A stretch of DNA of 62,360 nucleotides, counting the filler, from Sphacelaria rigidula (lineage: Eukaryota), in the NCBI GenBank assembly GCA_964200075.2. It is 11 parts of 11 records of this genome, joined end to end, with 100 filler letters (N's around TTAATTAATTAA, not from the genome) between each part and the next. Parts side by side here need not be neighbours in the genome. Positions count along the whole stretch, not along the records: positions 1 to 5,579 come from CAXNAA020026152.1; positions 5,680 to 11,258 come from CAXNAA020026153.1; positions 11,359 to 16,936 come from CAXNAA020026154.1; 8 more parts are not named here. The stretch is one strand, 5' to 3'. Shown here piece after piece: positions 1-12,286 of this stretch. The notes below the pieces were generated by a model that saw only the letters and a program-made list of their open reading frames with translations, did not search any database and was not told where the DNA came from. Numbering within the stretch: position 1 is the stretch's first letter; each line of letters starts with the position of its first letter. The position numbers and the translations under genes were made by a program.

Positions 1-215
1 CTTCCTTCTGCGGTGCTTGCCTTTATTCTTTATTGCGAAAGGGGTTCAGCACTCCCTTTCCCTCGTCGACCGTTGCGTCGAAGTTTGTGTACCCACGACA
101 GAGTCGCTCTTCATTGTTGGGCATGGTGGGAGAAAAAATCTCAGATCGCTCCGAAAATTGAACCCACGACCCAACCGTCAGAAGGTTTCGAGGTTACCAA
201 CTGAGCCACCGGGGC
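1..215 (-). mobile_element. tRNA-derived SINE, 5' portion (truncated by window/contig start)
   Basis: The minus strand reads GCCCCGGTGGCTCAGTTGGTAACCTCGAAACC...GTCGTGGGTTCAATT, i.e. Pol III A-box and B-box motifs. The body is homologous to the copies at 20920-21379, 36912-37271 and 39026-39327. Confidence 0.8.
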
Positions 216-1496
216 GTACCAACTATAATCAGACACCAAGCCAAAATGACGTTGTCGTGGGAGTAGCTTTCACTCCCTTCTCCAATTGTAGGTTCACCCG
301 TTTTGTAGGAGCTACATGTCGTCTTCAGCCAAAGCCAAGATGAGAGAGGGACCCGCTGTGCCCAAAACACAAGAATGTGGTTTCATGCTTCTTTCTTTCG
401 GTATTTGTACTATACTTCGTATCGCCACGCACGAAATAGCACCCGTAACTGCTCTTGAAACAGCACTAAAAAAACCAAGACCGTCAGCCAAAAACCAAGG
501 GTGTAAAAAGGAGTGAAGCTCGCGGGGGGTGAGTGCAGAAAACCCTTCTGCCCTCACTCCTGTAGTTCTTCATCCCGTACTTGACCACCTAACCTGTGCT
601 ATTACTCTAAAAGAACTCACTTTTCAGTCTCAGAGTACACTCAACAGTCAGTTTTCCTTGCCTGTAGTCCAACGATAATCCACAGAACGTCGATTTCCTT
701 GAATCTAACCTTCAACATACTCCTACTGCTCTGACCTTCCGATCCGGGATACAAGTTTTTCATTACTTTCACCACTTTAACATCGAACATACCAACTGCT
801 CTTTAGCTCGAAACTAGGTTTATGCTTGTTAAGCCTTGAAACACTATAATTCCATCTCTGAACTCAGGACAAGTATTCGTTGATCATACTCTGTCCCGAT
901 TTACCCGTACACAAGTTCATATTTTCAAACTAGAACTAGTTCTGTACAAAACCAAAACGCCTCCGAGAGTTCGGCTCACCACATCAGCCCATTCTGTGAA
1001 CCTAGATTTAATCTTTTATTGAGATGATTTCCGTGAACAAACAAATTAAAAACGCCAAAAACTCTGATGAGCCTCAATATTTTCCATTGATACTCAGACC
1101 AGCCACCCCCAACTCAGTTGATTCCGATAGAAAAACTCAAAACCATGACTACATTCCTCCTCGTACCCTACGTTTACATGTATTATACTTCACAAATCGG
1201 CTCTTTTCATTGCAATTTGCTGCCTGTGTTCAACCTATACAATTATTACAACAGTCAACCCCAAGGTAAAGTAGAGAAAACATTCAAACCAAGATAAGAA
1301 AATTAGTCTAGCCATTTCATCGTACTCCTGGCACAGCTTCATCTCCGTCTCGTCATGTACCGATGCCAAACCACCCCAATCATATATATCTTCTGATGTC
1401 CGTCTTCAGATCCGATGATGGTCGCCGTTCTCCTCCAAAGGCTCCAGCTATAACGTGTGCGCAAAGATTTTCGAAATTCTCTTCTGGATGGTAGTG

Positions 1497-4400
1497 CTAG
1501 CACCAATCCCCTACTTGATTCCGAGAGGTGTTCAAAATTTTCTCCAAACGCTGAACATTATGCCTCCTGCCGATGTCTAACATCCTCAGGGTGTGCGGTC
1601 GTCTTTGCAAAGCCGCATCCTTCTGAAGACCCATCACTTGGGCCAATTGCCACCCCTTCGTCTGCGTCAAATAGTAAATATAACAGTCGACGAGTTGCGG
1701 GTCATATATATGAGGACCAGCGGTGACATTGCCCCTTAGTTCATAGCCTTGAGCCACAAAAATTTCACCTCTTTCCCGAGCCTCCGCCCGTCTCGCCAAA
1801 TTCACTCGGTACTTCCGATACTTCGCATTATCCGGCTTTTCCATATTAGGGTTCCCCATCCAGTATGTTGAAATTACCCGGCCATATTGTTCCAAGTCCT
1901 CCTCGTGCTCCCACCTGGGTCTTTCCAGACTCTCCCAATATATTAAATATTGAACTGAGAGTTTTCCACCCAAACCACGGTTAAATGTAACGGAGGTGAT
2001 AGTTCCGAACATTGATCAACACATACTGACTTAAAACCCAGGGTGGAGATTTCGGCGGTTCCGGTTCATCTCTTGGATTAAAGCACCGCTTACATCTCAA
2101 CACAGAAACCCGGGGACTCATGATTGCTCCCGGCTCATTTTTCCTCAGCCCAAGCAACAGTAGTTTTTCTCCCACGATTTCTCCTTTGTCCGAAATACCT
2201 GGCCTTACCAACAAGATCTTATATGGCCCCCTCCAGGAGTGAGACAGTTTAGACGATATAACTGTTTTCCCCCCTTCCCTTACCGCATTTCCCCCCGACA
2301 TAATGGTACCTTTCGTATCATAGACAAATACCCAATTGCCTACTTCCCACTTTGGCTTTCGATTTAGAGCTTCTTCCACCTGCTCGTTATTCGACTCATG
2401 TTTGGATTTGATCAAGTCGTTTTCTTGTTTAACAAGGTCGTAAGCTTAAATGTGGCGATCCTTCAGCTGTAAATATGCCAGTTGATCGGCCTTCAACCCT
2501 TGATGTCCATACACACCTCTTCTCTCAAGGATAGTCATGGGTAACCTTCGATATTTCCCAATGTGAACCTCATTCGGCGCTAAGCCGATCCCTCTGCTTA
2601 CATTGTTGTTATGCGCAGATGTTGCGTGTAGTAATAGCTTATCCCAATTTTTCTGGTCATCAGCCACCAAATACGACAACATTTGACATAACGTGTGGTT
2701 TAGTCGCTTTACCATCCCGTTCGTTTGCGGATGATACGCATTCGTGTATCGTTTCACGGCTCCCAACATCGCATATACAATTCTTGCTCCTTTTGCTGTA
2801 AATTCCGTTCCTGGATCCGACAATAACGTGTGAGAACATCCCCATCTTGGAATATAGTCGTGCACCAGAATGTCCGCGCAACCCTCCGCTGTTTCCTCTT
2901 TCTTAGTAAGGGCATATGCTTCTGCATGCCTACTAAAAAGATCCACAATCAAAAGTATGTATGTATTTCCTTTCGTTCGTTTTGGTAGCGGACCCGGCAA
3001 ATCGAACGAAACCATCTGCCCTGGTTGACTCGGCAGTGATAAGGAATTAAGTGGCCACCTTACTGTGTCTCTTGGATTTTTCCGAGATTGACATGAAAAA
3101 CGTGTATAACATCTCCTGATCCAGAATGTAGCACTGTCCTTCATCCCAATCCACCAGTGATACCGTTTCAACAAAGATAACGTGATACCTTCCCCCAAAT
3201 GAAAAGCTTCTTGGTGAGTTTGGTCCATTACCCAAGGTCTCAAAAGTAGCGGTACATACGTTCTGGTTGGCTCTTCTCCCAAATACCTCTCAAATTGTCC
3301 CGGGTTTCGGTTCAGTTGACTGGGCATCGGCGTCTGCTTCTTTGCTAATCATATATCTCCGTCCGATATTTCCAAAAGTGTTCCCTGTTTCAGTAATCTT
3401 TTTGAACTCGGACAGGTCAATTCGTGTGGGAACCCCCTTTTCTTGATCCTTCGTCAGTACCGTCACTCGTTTTTCAAATATTCGATGACTGTTCTCGACG
3501 TGAGATCTTCCTGCTGTATTTGAGCCCAATCGTTTGCCGATCTCTGACATGAACGTTCCCCACATGACAGGCTTATTCTGCTTCCAGAGTCGGTGATACC
3601 GTTGTTAATGGTTCCGCACTACTGCTTTCTACATCGGTTGTCGGTTCGATTACTGCCACGGTTCTGTGTTCATGCGGTTGTAGCAATCTCCTCCCTATTT
3701 CCGTGATCGGACATGCCTCCAAAATCAAACCTTTATCCCGTTGTCCCCTGACCATGTTGCCAATCTTTCGAGAAATTAACGGTGAGTCATCTGGTAACAC
3801 GTACGAAGACTTGTCCGCTTTTTCTCCTCCCACACGTGCATTTTCCCTGCCCTTCGCTCGTTGTAGCTTAATCCATCTTCGGTTAGCTTGTTCAGAGGTC
3901 GTGAGCGGTACTGCACTTACTTCCCTTTTCCCAATATTAAAAACCGATCCAGGGTCTAGCTCATTCAAGTTTGAATCGTGGGTACTCACTACCGATCCCA
4001 CGTGTCCATCCCCGGTCGAGTTTTTCAAAATTCTCGGCCATATTCCACCAGCGCCAATGAAATAGACATCCATGTCTCCCGGGTCCGTTATTCGGCCATC
4101 CCCAGATATATCATTATCATCCGGCGGCTGTAGTAAACGAGACAACATATCCGCATTCGCGTTCACGCGTCCTGGCTTGTACTTAATTTCATAAGTGTAC
4201 GCACTTAAGAAGTCATGCCAACGCTGAACCCTCGGAACCTTTTCTGCAAGGCTCAATAAATTTCGCAAAGGTTGATGACCAGTGTAGATTTTAAACGGCA
4301 CTCCGTAGAAAAGTGGTCTGCGTTTCTTGATGGCCCACACAATAGCCGCTGCTTCTAATTCGGACACACTCCAATTTCTCTCGTTGGGGAGTGTTCCTCT

Positions 4401-5548
4401 ACTTAGGAAAACAAGAGGTCGAACCGTGTTATCTTCCTGGTTTTGTGTCACCACCGCGCCCAGACCATCCAGTGATGTATCCGTGGTGGGCATAAACGGT
4501 CGTTTCCCTGAAACTGCGTTTTCGTAGTTTGGAAAAGCTAAAACATTCTCCCCAGTCAATGATGATAACATTTCCTTGGGGATAGATTCATGTTCTTGGG
4601 TAAACTCAAAACGAACCCCCTTCTTTTGCAAGTGCGTTATAGGTTTGAGTCTCGCAGCCATTCGCGGAATAAATTTACGGTAGTACCCCAAACCTCCCAC
4701 CAATGATCTGAGCTGAGATACATCAGACGGCACTGGCATTTGTTTCAAAGCCTGTACCTTGTCCTGATCAGGAGAAATTCCCTCCGCGGAAATGTGATGC
4801 CCCAAACATTTCGTTTCTTTCATCCCAACATGTGCCTTTTTCGGTGCCAACTTCAGGTTGTACTCGGTCAGTCGTTGAAAAAGACCTTCCAAGTCCTCTA
4901 CATGTTGCCTGCTTCTTCCGCTGAAAGTACAAACATCGTCAATATAGAGTCGACATCGCTCCAAACCATCACATATTCTCGCCATAATTGCTTGAAACCA
5001 ACCTGGACTTCCACTGCATCCCATCGGCATAACTAACCATTCGTATAGACCACTTTGCGTGCAAATTGCCGTCAACGGAATCGAGTCTTGATGTATAACC
5101 ACCTTAAAATACCCTGAGGTGATGTCCAAACATGAAATGTTCTGGCACCCCCCAGTTCATCCAAAAGTTCCTCCATTATGGGAATTGGCAATACCGGAAT
5201 TATTGTACAATCATTCAACTTCTTGTAGTTACACGTGATTCCAATGGATCCATCCGCTTTGTTCACCACTACAAGTGGACTACTCCAGTTGGAATAGGAT
5301 CTCCCCAAGATGCCTACTGCCAGCATGCGATCAATTTCCACTTGTACTTTTTTGTAAACTGCCGGGTTATGACGGTACGGGCGCTGTTTAACGGGCCTCG
5401 TTCCTGGATTAAGTTCAATCTTGAACGGATCTACAGTGTAATACCCCAAATCCATCTTGTTTTTTGAAAATCGATGTGAATATTTGCGCAACAGTTCCTC
5501 ATAGTTTCCAATGTCCTCAACTGAGTGATGCTGCGATAGGGTCTGCAC
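1497..5548 (-). mobile_element. Ty3/gypsy (chromovirus-like) LTR retrotransposon pol, frameshifted: RT-RNaseH-integrase-chromodomain-extra C-terminal domain
   Basis: RT motifs: WSSPLVVV, GLYEWLVMPMG, LYIDD. RNase H: TDTSLDGLGAV, ELEAAAIVWAI. Integrase: H-H-C-C zinc finger, VSFDL..LLSDPG..YHPQTNG. Also GPY motif WRGPYKI and chromo-like QYLIYWESLERPRWE. Split over ORFs 5072-5548, 3573-5129, 2446-3327, 1981-2415 and 1497-2012. Confidence 0.95.
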
Positions 5549-5579
5549 TTTTGCGGCCTGAGAGGAAATCGGGATTTAG

Positions 5580-5679
5580 NNNNNNNNNNNNNNNNNNNNN
5601 NNNNNNNNNNNNNNNNNNNNNNNTTAATTAATTAANNNNNNNNNNNNNNNNNNNNNNNNNNNNNNNNNNNNNNNNNNNN
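5580..5679. other. Artificial contig linker N44-TTAATTAATTAA-N44 (first of ten; others start at 11259, 16937, 22615, 28293, 33971, 39649, 45327, 51005, 56683)
   Basis: Identical 100-bp spacers carry stop codons in all six frames and separate segments of 5578-5579 bp. Confidence 0.98.
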
Positions 5680-6869
5680 CAGCATGGAGGCACCCTCAAG
5701 CGCCATGCCAGCAACACTTAAGTCACCACCACTGGTATCGTTTTTCACTCCGCATGGCAAGAAGGTCTCGACAAGTGTTTGATCTCTAATACTCCCTCAC
5801 AAACTGGCGTGTGGCACGATCTTGTCGTCGCGTACGCACAGGGTCACATGTCGGGAAAAATCAACAACTAATAACACCCCCCAAGTTGCGATTGGATCTG
5901 TTACTGCCGCAGCACCGTCCTAGCTGGCATGTGTGTGACAGAGAACAGTAACGGTGACGGGAACATCGCCCTGTTTTTGAACGATGGGTTCTGCAGCGCA
6001 CAGAGGCGCGTTCTGTTCAAAACGAGAGGCAGAGATAAATCGATACTTGCATTGGTAAGCTCCACAGGCAAGAAGAGACGACATCCCTCCGCACCTCGAT
6101 GTTCCTTGGGGGGCTGTGCAGCAATACAACTTACCAACCGGCACATGAGAAATCGGGTATATGCCGGTAGCATGCATGGTGCCAGTCTCTCGAGCGATCG
6201 GTAATCGCCGAGCGAAGACACATGAAGGACACGGACGAGGAGCTTCCTCTCCGCCGTTTCGTCTCCCTCTGGTGGTATCGTCATCAACACGCACGTACAC
6301 TGCATTCGTTCGATGCACCTAGCCACAGCTGCTTGGGTGCTGCAGACTTTGGGGAGGGGGAGGTAGTTTCGCTCGGGGTCACTATTTCGCGTCATTCCTG
6401 CAAGACGATATGCCACTTGAATCGCGCTTTAGCGTTCAACACCCTATGAAAGGAATTGATCGTCCTCAGTAAACTACGTGCTCAAGGAAAGGATGATGTG
6501 CCCTCTAGCGGCTTCGTGTACTGATCACTTCAGAGGCATCATGACCCACAAGAGGGTATTATATCCTCGCGAGGGCCATTTTACCTCTCACGGGAGAAGA
6601 GTGCGATAGTGAGATTCCAACGAGGAGCCGATAGGCCGCGTGTGTAATATAGTGCGAAGAGCTACCGAGTTAAAACTGGTGTAGATAAAGGTCCTTCACG
6701 TGTAATGTTCAGCGCTTGCTCTGGAAGTCTTTTATCGACAGGACGGGAAGGTCTCTCTAAGTACTTACATGGTATAATCGTATAACTCATTAGCTGTATT
6801 TACACATCGAAAGGACGCACCATCTGCCTGCGATACCGACGTCATTTTCTGAAAAGGTCCTGCACACAC

Positions 6870-8393
6870 CTGGAAAAGCTGCCCCCGAGCTGGGAATATC
6901 GCAACTCGTGCTCCTGTTACGTAGTCATCGTCGTCCATGTCCGACCCGAAAAAATGAAGAATGTTTTCCCTCGTGCCAACGTAGACGAAGTCGCTGTCGT
7001 TGAAGGCCACTGGCGGGTCGTTTTTCGCTGTGACAACTATACTCACCGTCGCGAGCCTACTGCGAGAAGCGTTCGCACTGTCCTCCGCGAAGTACTGGAA
7101 ACTCGTGTATGGGGTCCACCCATCCGGAGATGCTTCGTTAGGCAGTGGTCGGTATCTGACCGGGTAGAAACCATCTATAAGTTCCAGGGTAAACGGAGTA
7201 GACACTATCTGTGTACCTGATAATTCGTACAGGTATCCCGTATCAGGTAAGGTCGAAAGGACAACCGTTGGAAGGGAGTGGTTCAGTGGGTAGTTGGGGG
7301 TTGTTGGGTCTAAATCTTGATCGTACGCCCCGAGGTAGATCCTGTGGACGTCATCCAGTGGCACTGGTTCACGGTAGTAGTAGGGATTTTCATAGTGGTC
7401 CCCTTCCTCACCATCCTCAGCAACATATTCCGTTGTATTATACACGACAGGGGCGCTTTGCAAAATCAGCTCCGTGTATAAATCGTATATGTCGGTGTCG
7501 TTCATCGTGTAATCGTATAAGGCAAAACGCCACATCCTCCCTTCGAAAGGCCAAAACGATCCGGTGTAGCCGTCTCTCGGGCGATCGAGCAGGGTCAGAT
7601 GGTGTTCCCTATCCCATTTGAAGGCAGTATACGCTGGACTACGTTCCTCATGGTAATGAAAGTCTCTGTATGTACCGTTGACAAACAGGTCGTACGTTGC
7701 GGCTCCCTGTTTAAACGTAGATAAGTCCGTTGGCCCATATTTAAATGTCTCTGCTTCGTAAGGTTCCTCAGTTATGGTCATGACGACATGAAGCGGGCTC
7801 TCTGTGGCTTCTATATTTGAATCCCAAAAATTGTATTCCCAGCAAGAGTCCCAAAAGCCGCTCTCGGAGATCGTCTTGAATGAGAAACCAGGAAGGGAGG
7901 GTTTCCACACAAATTCAAGCTGATTATTTTGGCCACACCGATCATCTTCGTTGTAGTTGTTAGCGCCAAAGGATAAGAGCACGATGTGACAAGTAGAATC
8001 CGAGAATACCGGACAGGTGACTTGGTCTATGCTCAGCCAGAATTCGAAGGTCAATCCGCTCCACCATAGACCCGCCTTCCGGTTGTCATTATAATGAGCT
8101 CTAAATACCGTGATGTTATTCGCGGAGATGCCAATTGGGTGTCCGTGTTGGACGCCGACGGCGCCAACTCCGTTCCCGTCTAGACAACGGAAAGTATTGT
8201 TCACTGGGTCGAGAACAAGGTCGCCGATGCCCCCATCCCCGTAGCTCCCAACATTTGTTGAAAAGCCATCCAGGCAATCTGGTCGAGTAAGCTCGTACTT
8301 GACCACCGGGGGATCCGGAACCATCCCACCATCCCGGATCGGGCCAAATGCTGTAATTAAGATCAAACCCGTGCGCGAAGTTACCATCTTCAT
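6870..8393 (-). CDS. Large exon of a probable extracellular protein: LamG/concanavalin A-like domain followed by cadherin-like/tandem-95 (Big_9-type) repeats
   Basis: Lies within a 565-codon ORF. LamG-like motifs: GLTFEFWL, PLHVVMT, LFVNG, PFEGRMWRFALYDYTM..IYDLY. Tandem-95-like motifs: VRYRP..YTSFQY...ATVSIVVTAKNDPPVAFND..DMDDDD. Weakly hydrophobic N-terminus after ATG 8393, and a splice donor CAG|GTGTGT at 6870/6869. Confidence 0.75.
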
Positions 8394-8564
8394 CGAAGAC
8401 CTTGACTTGTTGGCAGAGCGACACACTTTTGTCCTCGGGATCGTATCGTGAAAAGATCGCACCTCATGTCCGGCCGATTGTTATTTTGCAATCATCACCT
8501 TGTTTTGTATCGTCATCATCTGCGTGTGCTCGTCGATGATTACCATTATGTTGGACCGACTTTC

Positions 8565-11030
8565 ATGGCAGTCACCAATCTCGACTTGTACGCATATCGG
8601 GGGACATACTATCGGGAGACGCATTTCATGGGCCCCAATCTAGCCGTAATCGGGGAAGCGAAAATCTAGATGTCAAGGTTTGAGAACGATTATTCCCGAT
8701 TTTCCGCAAAAATCGGAGAACGCTGAATTCCCCCTAATTTTGCGGAAGATGACGTGCGTGCTTTGACGGGTCATGGTATGGTAAGAGGCGTTTGATATTT
8801 TTGCAACCTCAGCAGCAGTCAGTCTCATGACTGTGCAGGGTGTGCTTAATTGCGCCGACTGCTGGAGCAGCTTTGTATGGGGTTTGACAAGCGGATGGTG
8901 AGTGTCGTTGACGTCCTACTCTGCGGCAATGGTAACATTTTTACTGCACTGCGCTACCGTATGTATCACCATAACGGACGGTACTGTACTATCATCCCAT
9001 ACTCTGTCAACTATGTTCTTGCAGGGTGATCTACGGCGCTCCACTACCCAAGTCTGTTCCATATGTATTACCACACGGAAGCATCGTGTGCTGTCATGAT
9101 GGAGTATCCTACACTGTATTACCCTACACTGTACTCGAAGGATTATTCATCGCCTGCTACTCTTCCGGTTCACTAGTATGCGATATCACGCGTGTGCAGA
9201 AAAGTAACCGTCCGTGTAATAACACCGCTTTGTTTGGCAACCAATCCGTATTTGTACAAGTACGGGGATTTCGGGCCGTCCACAGCCGATTTTCTCCCGT
9301 GGATGATTTTTCCGAATCCCATTCAGTCAGGCATGTTTTTCGCCTAGCTCTGAGGGAAGATCAATTCTTCGATTCTCTGGACGCTGACTTTTGGTTCATC
9401 ACCTTTGTGCTCAGATCGAAAGACTCTCACATCTCCCCCGAATCTGCGCGCAGAGAATCGGAGAATTGATCTGGTTTCCTCCGATCTAGGCGGAAACATT
9501 GCCCAACGGACTGGGTTCCGAGAAATCCATCCACGGGAGAAAATCGGCTGTACACGGACTGAAATCCTCATATTCGTACCAATACGGATTGGTTTCTGTA
9601 CAAAGCGGTCCGAAGAACTATTTCACAAATCTGTGAGACTTTAAAACGGTCCCCACGGATCTGACTTTCGCAACGGATTCCCCCGATTTTAGACGCGTTG
9701 GGGCCTTGACAGAATCGAGATGCGTTCCCATACGAGTTTTTTTTTTCGCCAATTTTCAATGGCAGTCACAAAACAAAACTCGATCTGGAAGGAGATCGGG
9801 GGACCTTGAATCGGGAAACGCCCACTATCATGGACTCCCATTCGGTCCAAATCAGGGAAGCGCAGATTTGTATGTCACGATCTAAGAACGATTATCCCCG
9901 AATCTGAGCGCGGATCAGGGGAAAATTGAGGTCTCTCGAATCTGTAGCAAGTGACGTACGTAAATTGACGTACGACGATAGAACAGCAGGCGCTTGATAT
10001 TTTCGTAACCGCAGCAACAGACAGTCTCGTGACAGCACAGACCGTGCCTGCCAGCGCCAGCTGCTGGAGCAGCTTCGCACGGGGTTTGACAAGCAGATAA
10101 GGAGTGTTTACGCCGTACCCTGCGGCGGTGATACAGTATGTTATGCTGCACTTCGCTACCGTATGTTTCACCATAACGACCGGTAATGTACTATCCTACT
10201 CCCTGCTGTTGCTGTACTTGCAGGGTGATGATCGGCACTGCACTCATGAACTCTTGTCGCACACTGTGCATTGTCCTCGCAATACCGACTGTACCATTAT
10301 GTATTAGCACACGACACTATGATGGTGGAGTGTACTGCACTCCAGTGTATGCTATAGGGCAGCACGGCACGACGCTGCTCTTGAAAGATGATTCGCTGCC
10401 TGCCTGTTCTTCGGCTACACCATGGTACCACACCTCTGCATAAAATAAGCCTCGGTATTTCAACAAATCTGTGAAGCCGTAAAAAATGGGGTACAGACGG
10501 ATCTGAGTTTCGTGAATCTTAGTCCCCCGATTTGGCGCAGATGGGGGTCTCTGCAGATTCGGGATTAGTCCCCTCAACATATGGTCATTTTTATTATCCT
10601 ATTTGTGACACCGAGTTCGTAGGTACGGGTCGGTATGAACTATTTGAACTGAAGTCGGCCATATTTTCGTTGTTTTCCATGATTCTTGAACAGATTTATT
10701 CGGAATCATTGCACTGACAGTCTACTCTCATGGCAGTCACCAATCTTGATTTTTACATAGATCGAGGGAAAGAATTGGGGAGCGTATTCTATGGACCCCG
10801 ATCTGGGTCAAAAAGTAGGGGGAAAGTCGGGGTGTCACGATTTCAGAACGATATTTTTTCGCAACAACCGGGGGAAAGCTGAGGTTCCCCCGATTTTGAG
10901 GAGATGACGCACGTACGTTGACCTACACTGGTAGGGTACGAGTCATTTAATATTTTTGCAAGCGCAGCAGCTTCACCCGGGGTTTGACAAGCGGGTAATA
11001 AGTGTTGACGCCGTACCCTGCGGCGATGTT
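8565..11030 (+). repeat. Three diverged head-to-tail copies of a non-autonomous element starting ATGGCAGTCAC (8565, 9759, 10730)
   Basis: The copies share starts and colinear motifs (GAACGAT, TGACG, and GGGTTTGACAAGC near 8880, 10082, 10980). AATCGGGG/CCCCGATT subterminal motifs recur in inverted orientation. Confidence 0.75.
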
Positions 11031-11913
11031 GTTGTTGTTGTCTTCACATTAAAAGCCGTTCCGATATCTGCGCGGTACATTAGTACTGGGCATCTTATGC
11101 GGACGCCTTCCGTGGTCACAGGCTATATATATGGACTCTCTGACTACTGCTAGCCCGGTGCTCGTCTTTTTTCACAGGCAGGTGCAACTCTCCTGCTCTG
11201 TCCGACTCTACTCCTTCCTCGCTCCTGGTGTGCGTACCCACGCGATGTGCAGCCCCTCNNNNNNNNNNNNNNNNNNNNNNNNNNNNNNNNNNNNNNNNNN
11301 NNTTAATTAATTAANNNNNNNNNNNNNNNNNNNNNNNNNNNNNNNNNNNNNNNNNNNNGAAAGAAGGACAGCATAGTTTTTGAGACGGCATGTAGCGGCC
11401 ACAGGGGAACACAGGGTTTCCCCTCTATGAAAAGGTCAGTCTTCCTATCTGCAAACACTTTTTCTCCTCTATGAAAATCCGCAAACCGGGCAAAAAGATA
11501 TTTCTTGCGAACAGCGTCAGCTGGGCATATCCCGCATACTGCACCATTATTAGCATATGGGATCCGACAAGCAGAAAAAATTGTTGAAAATAATTCATCC
11601 TTTTGCCCCCCGGTCCATGCACATGGGCTAAAGGATGATTAATTCTCAGCAGCTTTTGCTGAATGGAGATCCGACACACTGGTTACGATCGAGTGTATAT
11701 CCACACGCCTACGAGTTTAGATACGACGCTTCCGCTCAAGACGTGGATGTTGGGATGTCGGTATATACCTCGCATATGAGTCCACATTGCTTTTGAAACC
11801 CCCGTGGTCCGCAGTCTACCAAAATCACTCAACCGAGTATGCTTTTGTTTAGAGAGGTTATTGTTTGATACTTATTAGAAGCACAAAATAGTTTCGCCAC
11901 AGAAAAACGAAAC

Positions 11914-11978
11914 AGGTAGCTCAATAGGCAACCTAACGTACTTTCGAGTTCAAGTCGTGGGTTCGAGTATCACCCCTG
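11914..11978 (+). mobile_element. Isolated diverged tRNA-like SINE head
   Basis: GTAGCTCAATAGGCAACC...GTCGTGGGTTCGAGT contains A- and B-box motifs resembling the SINE family head; no complete cloverleaf. Confidence 0.5.
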
Positions 11979-12097
11979 CTACTTCTCCACCGTTTTTTTC
12001 TGCCAGTACCATGCCTATGCTGTACGGAGTATACTGTATGCGTGCTATAAAGGCTGCACGACATATTTACAGCGATGAATTCTACATGAAGTAACGA

Positions 12098-12270
12098 AAC
12101 CCTGTGAAGCGCCTTGTGTGGCACAAAATAATACCCTACAGTCAAATCCCCGCGAGCAACCCTGCACATTTTCCCTGAACCCTGCGAAGCGTCCTGTGGG
12201 GCGCAAAAATCAACTACAGCCAGATCCTCGCGAGAAACATTGCACAGTTTCCCTGAACCCTATAAACGTG
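12098..12270 (+). repeat. Diverged ~79-bp tandem repeat, ~2.2 copies
   Basis: AACCCTG(T/C)GAAGCG...CTACAG...CGCGAG...TGCACA.TTTCCCTG is repeated at ~12098 and ~12178. Confidence 0.7.
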
Positions 12271-12286
12271 CCCCACAGGGTGCTAT

